Assembly: GCA_965261005.1 (NCBI GenBank)
Contig: OZ253375.1
Coordinates: 2,016,001-2,080,000, forward strand
Direction of reading: 5' to 3'
Length of the DNA stretch: 64,000 nucleotides
Source: Deinococcus sp.
GTDB lineage: Bacteria; Deinococcota; Deinococci; Deinococcales; Deinococcaceae
Each line of letters begins with the position of its first letter. Positions within the stretch are counted from its first letter, which is position 1. Under the pieces are notes generated by a model, which was not told the DNA's origin, ran no database searches, and saw only the letters and a program-made list of their open reading frames with translations. Made by a program: the position numbers and the translations under genes. Shown piece by piece: positions 41,927 through 51,500 of the stretch.

Positions 41927-41966
41927 AGTCTATGTCTAGCGTGATAACGGTCCAGCGTGATAACGG
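41927..41966 (-). promoter_or_regulatory. tandem 16-bp direct repeat over the promoter of the AAR-like operon
   Basis: TCTAGCGTGATAACGG/TCCAGCGTGATAACGG just upstream of a TAGACT -10 on the minus strand. Confidence 0.5.
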
Positions 41967-42021
41967 GTCGTCCCCAGCGAGGGGGAGGTTGGGGCATCCT
42001 TGGCCCTCATCTTTGCGGCGT

Positions 42022-42774
42022 CTATGAACTTTTCGACATCGCCCGCGCGACGAACACCATCACCCGGCTTTCCGGCGTCAGCGGCCCGCGCGTCCAGTCG
42101 CCGTACACCTGCTCGACGGTGAAGCCGGCCCCCCGGAGCGACTCGGTCAGCTCGGCCTCGTCGCGAAAGCGCAGCTGGCTGTCCACCATCAGGTCCTCCC
42201 CCGTCTCCGCGAAGACGTTGTGAGCGACGAAGTGTACCCGGCCGTCCCCCACGCTCAGCACGTCCAGCCAGCATTCCAGCGGCCCGGAAGGCGAATCCAC
42301 CTCCTCGTAGGTGGCCGCGCGGTTCCACCCCTCCCAAGCCCGCGCGGCCGGGTTGCGGCTCTCGAAGGCGAGGTGGCCGCCGGGCCGCAGGGCGGCGTGC
42401 AGGTCGCGCAAGGTCGCGGCCCAAGCCGCGTCGTCGAGGAAGACCTGGGCCACGTTGCCGGTCATAAGCGCCAAGTCGGCTTCCGGCGTGCCGAGGGCGC
42501 CCGAATCCCCCTCGACCCAGCGCACCCGTTCGGCCCCCGGCTGCTTTCTCGCGTGGGCGAGCATGGCCGGCGCGGGGTCCACGCCGGTCACCTCGCGGCC
42601 GTCCGTCGCTAGCTCGCGCGTCAGCAGCCCGGTGCCGCAGCCGAGGTCGAGAATGGTGTGGGCGCCCAACTCGGCCGCGAGGCCGAGGTAGAAGTCATAG
42701 TCCGCCCCGCGCGGGTTGTCGGTGTCGTACATCGCCACCAGGCGCGGGTCCACGTAGTGCTGGTCGAGCTGCAT
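42022..42774 (-). CDS. class I SAM-dependent methyltransferase
   Basis: ILDLGCGTG, GVDPAPAML, LRPGGHLAFE. Confidence 0.92.
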   Translation of the reverse strand: MQLDQHYVDPRLVAMYDTDNPRGADYDFYLGLAAELGAHTILDLGCGTGLLTRELATDGREVTGVDPAPAMLAHARKQPGAERVRWVEGDSGALGTPEADLALMTGNVAQVFLDDAAWAATLRDLHAALRPGGHLAFESRNPAARAWEGWNRAATYEEVDSPSGPLECWLDVLSVGDGRVHFVAHNVFAETGEDLMVDSQLRFRDEAELTESLRGAGFTVEQVYGDWTRGPLTPESRVMVFVARAMSKSS

Positions 42775-42908
42775 GGAAGCAGTTTAGGACGGCCTTGCGG
42801 CTCCGGCTCGGCGTCCGGCCTTGCGGCAATAACGTGAAGGCTGTACCGAACTCGCCCAATCGGCTTGTGCAGCGTGCTCCCTCACCAGATATCAGGGCGC
42901 TGACCTGT

Positions 42909-43313
42909 TCAAAACCAGTTCTCTACCCTCAAGCCCTCCACGCGCCCGAACTCCCCAACGTTGTTGGTCACCAGCGTGACGTCCGCGCTCAGGGCGTGCG
43001 CGGCGATCAGCAGGTCGAGCGGGCCGATGGGTTTTCCAGCTGCCTGCACCCGTGCCCTGATGTCGCCGTAGACCCAGGCGGCAGCGTCGTCATAGGGAAC
43101 GGTGACGAGGTCCAGCAGAAATTCTTCCAAGGCTTCACGGGTGCCGGGGCGGACGCTTTTCGCCACGCCAAATGCGAGTTCCGAGACGGTGACGCTGCTC
43201 ACCGCCACGTCGCCAATCCGGTAACGCCCGAACACCTGCGCGACTTGGGGCGGCCTCCGGTTGATGATGTAGATACAGGTGTTGGTGTCGAGAAAGTACT
43301 GGGGAGCCGGCAC
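42909..43313 (-). CDS. vapC: VapC PIN-domain toxin
   Basis: YFLDTNTCIYII, ELAFG, IGPLDLLIAAHA, LVTNN..EF; GTG start after GAGG. Confidence 0.9.
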   Translation of the reverse strand: MPAPQYFLDTNTCIYIINRRPPQVAQVFGRYRIGDVAVSSVTVSELAFGVAKSVRPGTREALEEFLLDLVTVPYDDAAAWVYGDIRARVQAAGKPIGPLDLLIAAHALSADVTLVTNNVGEFGRVEGLRVENWF

Positions 43314-43326
43314 CCTCAGAGCGTAT

Positions 43327-44681
43327 GTGACCTGACCAACGGTTGAAACCGTTGGCTTCTCAGGCGACGGCATGCGATACCCCGCTACCGTTGACACCTG
43401 AAGGGACGGCCCGTCCCAGAATGTTCTTCGCCGCGTTGTGATCGGCGTTCGCCGTATGGCCGCATTTCACGCACCGGAACAGAGCTTGATTCATGCGGTT
43501 CTCCTTCCCCGTATGGCCGCAGGCATTGCAGCGCTGCGACGTGTAGCGGGGGTCTACGGCGATGACTCTCCGACCGGCGCTTTCAGCCTTGACGGTGAGT
43601 TGGAAGAGGAAGCCTGCCCAGCCTGCATCCAGGATGGAACGGGCCAGATTCGACTGGGCCATGTTGCCCACTTGCAGGTTCTCGTGCGCGATCAGGTCGT
43701 GTTCATTGACCAGCCTCCGGGCGGTCTTGTGCTGGAAGTCCAGACGCTGCCGCCTGACCTTGCGGTGCGTTCTGGCTACCAGACGGACGGCCTTCTTGCG
43801 CCGCTTGCCGCCCTTCTTGCGGCGGGCCACGGTACGTTGCTGGACGCGCAACTTACGAAGGGATTTGCCCAGGTGTCGGGGGTTCTCAATAAACTCCCCG
43901 TCGCTGGTGACGGCAAACCATGTGGTGCCCAGATCAATGCCGACTTCGTTGCCCGTGGCTGGGAGAGGCTGTTTCGGCACCTCGCAGGCGTACACGGCGT
44001 ACCATTCATCCACGTCCAGCACGATTTGCAACGACTTAGGTTTACCTTCAAGCGGACGGTGCAGCTTGATCTTGACCGCGCCGATCTTGGGGATGCTGAT
44101 ACGTCCGCCGTCTACGGGCTTGCCGCACGCCGTCCAATCCTCACGCTTATTATCCCAACACTGTTTGAACTTGAAGCTGTTCCAGCGTTGCGCGGGCTTG
44201 AAACGCGGAAAGCCCGCCGCCTTGCCCTTGCCCGCCTTCGCCCGCCTGAAGAACGCCTTGTACGCTTTGTCGAGGCGGTCGAACACGTCTTGTAGGACAT
44301 GGCTGTACACCCCGGCGAACTCGGGACAGGCTTCCTTGAGCGCCGTGAGTTCGGCTTGCTGATCGTAGGCCGATAAGGTCTTGCCCTGCTTGCGGTAGGC
44401 TTCCCGGCGCTGTTCCAAACCGGCGTTGTAGAGCGTGCGCGTGAGGCGCAACGTCTCAAACATGGCCCGCTGCTGGGTTTTGGTGGGGTAGAGCCGGAAC
44501 CGGAAGGTTCGCAGCGTAGTATCCTGGTTCATGTGAGGCGGCCTCGATCCGCTTCGCCGCGCTCCCAGCCGTTGACGCGGCGTGGGGGCATTGCTCATTC
44601 AGTGTACTACAGAACGGCACCGCCGCTTCGCGGCCAGCCCCTAACCCACACCTGAAGGAGTGGGCTTGCGGGTCAGTTTCT
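43327..44681 (-). mobile_element. IS200/IS605-family TnpB-only element (IS1341-like)
   Basis: Left-end hairpin AGCCCACTCCTTCAGGTGTGGGTT preceded by TTGAC (44686-44682); right-end hairpin CCAACGGTTTCAACCGTTGG then terminal TCAC (43330-43327); no tnpA. Confidence 0.82.
43360..44532 (-). CDS. tnpB: RNA-guided endonuclease TnpB
   Basis: FRLYPT HTH, GIDLG (RuvC I), HENL (RuvC II), CNAC..CVKC zinc finger, ADHNAAKNI (RuvC III). Confidence 0.95.
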   Translation of the reverse strand: MNQDTTLRTFRFRLYPTKTQQRAMFETLRLTRTLYNAGLEQRREAYRKQGKTLSAYDQQAELTALKEACPEFAGVYSHVLQDVFDRLDKAYKAFFRRAKAGKGKAAGFPRFKPAQRWNSFKFKQCWDNKREDWTACGKPVDGGRISIPKIGAVKIKLHRPLEGKPKSLQIVLDVDEWYAVYACEVPKQPLPATGNEVGIDLGTTWFAVTSDGEFIENPRHLGKSLRKLRVQQRTVARRKKGGKRRKKAVRLVARTHRKVRRQRLDFQHKTARRLVNEHDLIAHENLQVGNMAQSNLARSILDAGWAGFLFQLTVKAESAGRRVIAVDPRYTSQRCNACGHTGKENRMNQALFRCVKCGHTANADHNAAKNILGRAVPSGVNGSGVSHAVA

Positions 44682-44737
44682 GTCAATTTCGCTGCGCGAC
44701 TCCGCCGCTGCAACGCTCAATATTCCCGGCCAAAGCT

Positions 44738-44968
44738 CTAAAAGTCGCCCCAATGGCGCTCCTCAGCTTCGCCTTGGTCACGCTCGATCTGCAAGCCCCC
44801 GAACTTCTCCAAGCTGGCGAGCAAGTTCTTCCAACGGTTGTTGCGCGGCAACAGCAACACGCCGTCGCCGACCCGCTTGATCAGAACCTCCTCGTCCCCG
44901 AAGCGGTATTCCTTGGGAAGCCGCACGGCCTGGCTGCGCCCGGTTTTAAAGATCTTCGCGGTGTTCGT
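44738..44968 (-). CDS. vapB: AbrB-fold VapB antitoxin (start codon reads ACG)
   Basis: AGGAGG RBS then ACG-AAC-ACC-GCG-AAG: (M)NTAKIFKTGRSQAVRLPKEYRF. Confidence 0.8.
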   Translation of the reverse strand, partial: TNTAKIFKTGRSQAVRLPKEYRFGDEEVLIKRVGDGVLLLPRNNRWKNLLASLEKFGGLQIERDQGEAEERHWGDF

Positions 44969-45047
44969 GGCTGACCTCCTTGATAACTACCATGAGTATA
45001 TACCGAGGGGAAGCTGTATGAGGTGTCCCTGACAAAGCAAGCTCACA

Positions 45048-47510
45048 TCACGGGCGCGGCTTGACGGCGCGGGTCGGCGCCGCCGTCCAAGGGTCGTCGG
45101 GCCAGGGATGTTTGGGGTAGCGGCCCCGCAATTCCCGCCGGACCTCCCGGTAGCTGCCGTCCCAAAAGCCGCGCAAATCCCGCGTCACCTGGACCGGGCG
45201 CCCGGCGGGCGACAGCAGGTGCAGCACGACCGGCGTGCGGCCCGCGTTGACGGTTGGGGTGTCGGCCAGGCCGAACAGCTCTTGCAGCTTGACCGCCAGC
45301 ACCGGGGGAGCGCCGTCCGGGAAGTACGCGAGGCGGACGCTGTGGCCGCTGGGCACCCGCAGCCGTTCGGGCGCGAGGTCGCCGAGCTGACCCGACTGGG
45401 GCCACGGCAGCCAGGCGCCCAGGGCCGCCGCGAGGTCCACGCGGGCGAAGTCCTCGCGGCGGCGCACGCCATTCAAGGAGGGTCCCAGCCAAACCTCCAA
45501 GCCTTCCAGCAGGGCCGCGTCCGACACGTCGGGCCAAGGCTCCTCCGGGCGCCACGCGCGCAAGCTCAGCACCCGCGCCTGCCACCCGCGCAGCTCGGGT
45601 GTCCAGGGCAGCAACTTCAGGCCCTCGGCGCGCAGGGCGGCGCACAGAGCTTGGAGCTTGAGGGCGGGCGCCGCCCCCTCCAGCGGCCCCTCTTCCAGCA
45701 CCAGGCGACCCAAGCGCCGCTCGCGGCGGGCGATGAGTGCGCCCGCGCGCCCGTCCCAAGCCACGACCTCGTGCCAAGTGGAGGCGCCCTCCAACGTGGC
45801 GGGGTCGAGGGGAGCGGCCAGGTGAATGCGCCCCTCGGCCTCCTGCGCATCGAAGTGGGCGACCGCCAGATACGGGACGGCGCCCAGCTCGTCGCCGGAA
45901 TCCAGCCGCGCGCCGCGCCCCCCTGAGAGCAGGTAGCGCGCCCCGCCGCCAGGGCGCCGCCGCGCCACCCGCTCGGGATAGGCCAAGCTGATCAGGCGGC
46001 CCACGGCCTCGCCGCCGGGAACGTTCACCTCCTCGGGTTCTCTGAGCGCGCGGCGCCACTGGGCCGCCAATTGCCGGACGCGGGCGAAGGGATCGGCGTG
46101 GCCGCGCGCCCGCCCCGACCGCAGGGCCGCCACCCTGGCCGTCAAGTCCGCGCCGGCGTCCCGGCCGAGGGGGTCGCGCTCCTCCAGGAGGGCCGCCACG
46201 TCGCAGGCGAGGGCGCCGAGGCCGAGGGTCTGCCCCTCCAGCAGCAGGTGGGCCAGGCGCGGGTGGGTGGGCAAGCTGAGCAGGCGCGCGCCGCGCCCGG
46301 TGACGCGCCCGGCCTCGTCCAGGGCGCCTAGCTGCTCCAGCAACTCGCGCGCCGCCCGGACGTGCCGCTCCGGCGGCGGGTCCAGCCACGGGAGGCTGAG
46401 CGGGTCCGGCGCGCCCCACTGGGCGACTTCCAGGACGGTCGGGGCCAAGTCGGCCTGCAAGACCTCGGGCGGGCGCTCGCCCGGCAGCAAAGCCTGGGTG
46501 CGCTCGCTCCACAGCCGGTAGGCCACGCCGGGGCCGAGCCGCCCGGCCCGGCCCGCGCGCTGGGCGGCGGCGGCGCGGCTGACACGCTCCGTGATGAGGC
46601 GGGTCAGGCCGCTGCCGGGATCGAAGCGCGCCGTCCTGGCGTAGCCCGAGTCCACCACCGCGCCCACCCCGTCTAGCGTCAGGCTGGTCTCGGCAATGGA
46701 GGTTGCCAGCACGACCCGCCGCGCCCCGCCCGGATCGGGCGCGAGGGCGCGGCGCTGCTCGGGAAGGGGCAAGTCGCCGTAGAGGGGCAGCACGCGCAGG
46801 TCCGGGTCGCCCGCCAAAGCCCGCTGCGCGCGGCGAATCTCGGCCTGGCCGGGCAGAAAGGCCAGCACGTCGCCGGGCGTTTCTTGCAGCGCCCTTTGCA
46901 CGGCGCGCGCCACCGCCTCCGGCAACCCGTCCAGGGGGGCGTCCCGAGGCGCGTAACGGACCTCCACCGGAAACTGGCGCCCCGTGGCGCGCAGCAGCGG
47001 CACGGCCTCGCCCAGCTTGGCGGGGAGGTCACCCAGGGTGGCCGACATCAAGAGGGCGCGCAGGTCGGGGCGCAGCGCGCCCTGCACCTCAAGCAACAGG
47101 GCCAGCGCGAGGTCGCTGGGCAAGCTGCGCTCGTGGAACTCGTCGAAGATGACCAGGCCCACGTCCGTGAGCGTGGGATCGCGCTGAAGCCGGCGGGTCA
47201 GCACGCCCTCGGTCACGACCTCCAAGCGGGTGCGCGCGGACACGCGCGACTCGAAGCGCACCCGCGAGCCGACGGTGCCGCCCACCGCCTCGCCCAAGCT
47301 TTCCGAGAGGCGGGCCGCCACGGCCGCGACCGCCACCCGGCGCGGCTGAAGCAGCACGATCTTGCGCCCCGCAAGCCAGGGTTCCCCCAGCAGCTCCAGC
47401 GGCAGGGCAGTGCTCTTGCCGCTGCCGGGCGGCGCCTCCAGGGCGACCAAAGGGGACTGCGACAGCGCGCGGCGCAACTCGGGCAGCAGGGCCAGAACGG
47501 GCAGGTCCAA
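45048..47510 (-). CDS. hrpB: ATP-dependent RNA helicase HrpB
   Basis: APPGSGKST, DEFHERS, ATSIAETSLT, QRAGRAGR, LRGRYPKHPWP. Confidence 0.95.
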   Translation of the reverse strand: MDLPVLALLPELRRALSQSPLVALEAPPGSGKSTALPLELLGEPWLAGRKIVLLQPRRVAVAAVAARLSESLGEAVGGTVGSRVRFESRVSARTRLEVVTEGVLTRRLQRDPTLTDVGLVIFDEFHERSLPSDLALALLLEVQGALRPDLRALLMSATLGDLPAKLGEAVPLLRATGRQFPVEVRYAPRDAPLDGLPEAVARAVQRALQETPGDVLAFLPGQAEIRRAQRALAGDPDLRVLPLYGDLPLPEQRRALAPDPGGARRVVLATSIAETSLTLDGVGAVVDSGYARTARFDPGSGLTRLITERVSRAAAAQRAGRAGRLGPGVAYRLWSERTQALLPGERPPEVLQADLAPTVLEVAQWGAPDPLSLPWLDPPPERHVRAARELLEQLGALDEAGRVTGRGARLLSLPTHPRLAHLLLEGQTLGLGALACDVAALLEERDPLGRDAGADLTARVAALRSGRARGHADPFARVRQLAAQWRRALREPEEVNVPGGEAVGRLISLAYPERVARRRPGGGARYLLSGGRGARLDSGDELGAVPYLAVAHFDAQEAEGRIHLAAPLDPATLEGASTWHEVVAWDGRAGALIARRERRLGRLVLEEGPLEGAAPALKLQALCAALRAEGLKLLPWTPELRGWQARVLSLRAWRPEEPWPDVSDAALLEGLEVWLGPSLNGVRRREDFARVDLAAALGAWLPWPQSGQLGDLAPERLRVPSGHSVRLAYFPDGAPPVLAVKLQELFGLADTPTVNAGRTPVVLHLLSPAGRPVQVTRDLRGFWDGSYREVRRELRGRYPKHPWPDDPWTAAPTRAVKPRP

Positions 47511-47512
47511 GG

Positions 47513-47643
47513 GCTAAGTACCTCCCTGATGATCTAAAGATCATCCGAGCGGAGCGAGTAGGGAAAAAAGTACGTCCTGGCAAGAGTGGAGTGATTGCGC
47601 GTTTTTGGCGCAATCACGAAACGTTAGCCGGGATGTACTTAGC
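47513..47643. repeat. Deinococcus-type small non-coding repeat / MITE
   Basis: GCTAAGTAC...GTACTTAGC ends, internal hairpins, CCGAGCGGAGCGAGTA core. Confidence 0.75.
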
Positions 47644-48379
47644 TTCCGGCCAACTCGCGCAGCTGTTCGCCGGCGTCCCCCACCACGCCGCCGTGGTAGG
47701 CCAGAATGGTGTCCACGTCCAGCTTCGCCAGCTTGGCGACCGAGGCGCGCGCCAGGGGCATGTCGGGGGTCATGCGCTCCGGCGGGCCGCCCAAGCGACC
47801 CTCGTGCGAGGACAGCGCGTCCCCGGCGATCAGCGTGTTGCTGCGCTCCAGGTAGAGGCTGATGTGGCCCGGCGTGTGGCCGGGCGTGAAGATCACCCGC
47901 ACCCCCCCGGCGAGGTCGAGCCGCTCTCCGTCCGCGAGGGTCCGGTCCACCTTGACGGGCGTCAGGTTGAACATCCGGCGCGCTTCCGGCGGCATACCGG
48001 CGAGCATGGCCGCCTGCTGCTCGGGCGGGGGCAGCTTGATGGGCCGCAACTGGCCCTCAATGTAGGGGGCGTCCTCCGCGTGGGCCAGCACCTCGGCGCC
48101 GCTCGCGCGCACCACGTCCGCGAGTGAGCCGACGTGGTCGAGGTCCTGGTGAGTCAGGATCACGCGCTTCAGGTCGCTCACCCCCAGACCCACCTCCGAA
48201 AGGGCCGCCTCGATGGCGCCGAGCTGGCCGGGCACGCCGGTGTCCACCAGCGTCGGGCCGCGCTCCGGGTCCAGAATCAGCGCGAGGTTGAGGACGGTCG
48301 GGCCGCCCATCAGATTGACGGTCAGCGGCAGGGCGTAGAGGTCGTCGTTGACTTTCACGCTTCCCAAGCTATCAGCCAT
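47639..48379 (-). CDS. MBL-fold metallo-hydrolase
   Basis: LVDTG, THQDLDHVG, TPGHTPGH, AGDA, YHG. Confidence 0.9.
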   Translation of the reverse strand: MADSLGSVKVNDDLYALPLTVNLMGGPTVLNLALILDPERGPTLVDTGVPGQLGAIEAALSEVGLGVSDLKRVILTHQDLDHVGSLADVVRASGAEVLAHAEDAPYIEGQLRPIKLPPPEQQAAMLAGMPPEARRMFNLTPVKVDRTLADGERLDLAGGVRVIFTPGHTPGHISLYLERSNTLIAGDALSSHEGRLGGPPERMTPDMPLARASVAKLAKLDVDTILAYHGGVVGDAGEQLRELAGS

Positions 48380-48523
48380 ACCACGTCCACCTCCGGGGGC
48401 AGCGTGACGTTGGGCACTTGGCTGGTCACGCGCCACACGTCACACAACATCCGGCCGCAGGGCCAGCGCCAGGTTGGTGATAGCGCCGTCATGGCCGGGG
48501 TCGCAATCGAGGATGACCTTCAT
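48380..48523 (-). pseudogene. internally deleted nucleoside hydrolase remnant
   Basis: MKVILDCDPGHDGAI (N-terminal motif of the IU-nucleoside hydrolases) followed, in another frame, by GRMLCDVWRVTSQVPNV resembling the C-terminus. Confidence 0.6.
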
Positions 48524-48526
48524 GGG

Positions 48527-51500
48527 TCAGCTTGTAAGCCTGAGCTTGAGGGTCACGATCTCGAAGGGGCGCAGCTGAACCTTCCAGCGGCCGTCCGCGA
48601 ACTCGGGCGGCTCGCCGCCGGGTTCCTCCAGCAGGTTGACGCGCTCCAAGTGCCGGACGCCCTCAAGCGTCAGCTCGCCCCGGTCGCCGTGCGGCTCGTA
48701 GAAGCGCAGGATCAGGTGGCCGTCGTCCTCGGCCCTTTTAAGGGCGCCCAGCATCACCGGCAGGCCGCCCAGCTTGAAGGGCGGGGCAAGCTCTCCTTCA
48801 CCCGGCGTCACCAAGAGCGGGCTGTTCAGGTCCAGCGCCTCCAGAACCGTGCCGCCGCGCGTCCAGTCCCCCGCGTGTGGGTACAGGGCGTAGCTGAAGC
48901 GCAGCTCGCCGAGGCCCGCCCCCGGATCGGGAAACAGCGGGGCGCGCAGCAGGGTCAGGCCCAGGGTGGACCCCAGCGCCGTGTGGGCGTAGAGGCCGTC
49001 GTTGAGCAAGCTGACGCCGTAATTCGGCTCGGACAGGTCCGCGAAGCGGTGGCCGCTAACCTCGAAGCGCGCGGCGTCGTAGGGGGTGTTGCGGTGGGTG
49101 GGCCGCTCTTGGGCGCCGTAGGCCGTCTCAAAGGTGGCCGAGGGGGCGCGCACGTTCAGCGGGAAGAAGGTCTTGACCAGGGTACGCTTCTCGCGCCAAT
49201 TCACGTAAGTCTGGATGTCCAGCCGGCGTGACCCCGCGTGCAAAAGGTAGGTCTGGGCGATCTCCGAATCGCGCCAGCGCCGCGTCACCCGCAGGGAGGC
49301 GCGCAGGGAGCCGGTTTCCGTCACCTCCACGCTCTGCGCGCTCAAATCCTCGCCGTTCTCCGCCCGCTGCACGTCGGCGTTCACGTCCCACGCTTCCCAA
49401 GCGCGCGGCACGTCGCGGAAGACGGTCAGGCGGTTGCCGGGACCGTTCAGCACCTCGCGCCCGGCCTCCTTGTCGTACACCCGCGTCAAAGTGCCGTCTG
49501 GGGCGACCTCCACCCGCAGCAAGTCATTTTCGAGGAGGGCGCCGCCGTTCTGAAGTTCCGCGCGCACGCCCGGCTTTGGGGAAGCTTCGCCGGCCCGCAA
49601 GTGCAGCGTCACGCCGCCCAGCGGGGGGACCAGCACCTCCGGCGCCCAGACCAGCAAGCCGTCCGAGACGGCTTGGGTTGGCAGCTCGCGCTCCCCCGCC
49701 CGGACGCTTCCCTCGGCTGACGGCAGCACGGCGCGCAGCGGGCGCGAATTCAACGACGGGTTGAAGACCGTGAAGGTGCCCTCTTCCGGCGTTGCCAGAT
49801 TTGCGAGGGCGAGGCAGCCCAGCCGCGTGGCCGTCTCCGCCACCCCGCCCAGCTCACGTTCCGCCACCTCGTACACCTCCCGAATCGAGGAGCCGGGCAG
49901 GATGTCGTGAAACTGGTTGAGCAGCAAAGTCTTCCAAGCGGCTTCCAACTCGGCGTGCGGGTAAGCTGTCCCTTTCAAAAAGGCGAGGCTGGCGGCCACC
50001 TCCGCCTCGGTCAGGCGCGCCTCCGCTTCGCGGTTCAGCCTCTTCACGCGGCCCTGGCTGGACAGGGTGCCCCGGTGCAGTTCCAGGTACAGCTCGCCCA
50101 CCCACAGCGGCAACCCTTGGCGCGGCAAGCTGGCGAAAAAGTCGTCCACCCGGGTGTGACGCAGCCTCGGGCTGGCCGGAAAGTCCGTGAGGCGCCCGAA
50201 CCTTTCCAGCATCTCCGCGCTGGGGCCGCCGCCGCCGTCGCCGTAGCCGTAGGTGAACAGGCTGGCCGGCGCCCCCCGCCGCCACACCGACAAATGCTTC
50301 CCCTTGAAGTTACCCCACACCTCGGCGGTGTGCCCCGGCGCGAGGTCGCCGTTGTAGGTGCCCAGGCCCGGCGCGCTGTACACGGTGTCCTTGAAGCAGT
50401 GGGCCAAGACCCGGCTGCCGTCCAGCCCCTCCCACAGGAACAGGTCGTGCGGAAAGTCGGTCGTCTCGTTCCAGTTGAGCTTGGTGGTGAAAAAATTCGG
50501 GATGCCCGCCCCGAGGAGCAGCTGCGGCAGGGCCGGCGTGAAGCCGAAGGTGTCGGGCAGCCAAGCGACCGTACTTCTGCGGCCGAACTTCTGCTGGAAG
50601 TAGCGCTGACCGTACAAGAGCTGCCGCGCCCAAGCCTCCCCGGAGGGCAGCTGCCCGTCCGGCTCCACCCACATGCCGCCCACCGCCTCTATTCTCCCCT
50701 CGCGCACGCGCTCCAGGATGCGGGCGAACAGCTCTGGCCGCTCCTCCAACCAGGCGTACAGCTGCGCCGAGGACTGGTTGAAGGTGAAGTCGGGAAAGCG
50801 GTCCATCAGCGCGAGAACCGTCTCGAAGGTGCGCTCCCCCTTGCGCCTCGTCTCGGCCACCGGCCACAGCCAGCCGAGGTCGAGGTGGGCATGCCCGCTG
50901 ACGGCCAGCTCGCCCAGGGGGGGAAACAAGGTCTTCAGTTGGTCGAGATGCTCGCGCAGAACCGCCCGAGCCGTCTTCACGGCCTCCAGCTGCGCCCCGT
51001 CTAAAGGGGTCGGCTCCGGCCGCTCCCCCGGCACGTTCCACAGGTCGGCCGCCTTCCAGCCGCCCACGTTCTCCAGCCGCGCCAGATATTCGTCCGCCGC
51101 GCTGGGCCAGGATAGGCCCGCCAGCGCGGTTTCGGCGGCGGCCAGCAAATGTGGGGCAACCTGTCCGCCCAGTGCCCCCGCCGCCTCTACGACCACCTCT
51201 AGATCGAGAATCAGCGCCCGCACCGCCTCCTCGGGCACGGCCAAGCGCGCGACCATCAGGCGCGGCGCCGCGTTGCGCGCGCCGAAGAGGTTCTTGGGCA
51301 CCGCCTCCACCCGAACCGTCACCCGCCCGCCGCCCGCCACCGGAAAGCGGCGGTGGTACGGGTTCAGGCCGCCGGCCAGCCCCGTCGAGAGCCGCACCAG
51401 CCCCTCGCCGCCCACGTCCAATTCCACCTCCACCGGTGAGCCGGCCCAAGTCGGCGGCACCTCGAACGCGGTCTCGAATACGGCGGGACCGCCGGAAACA

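Noticed and set aside
43313..43397. vapC N-terminal extension or disruption by the IS
   Set aside because: The extension is read from the IS right end; vapC is complete from GTG 43313.
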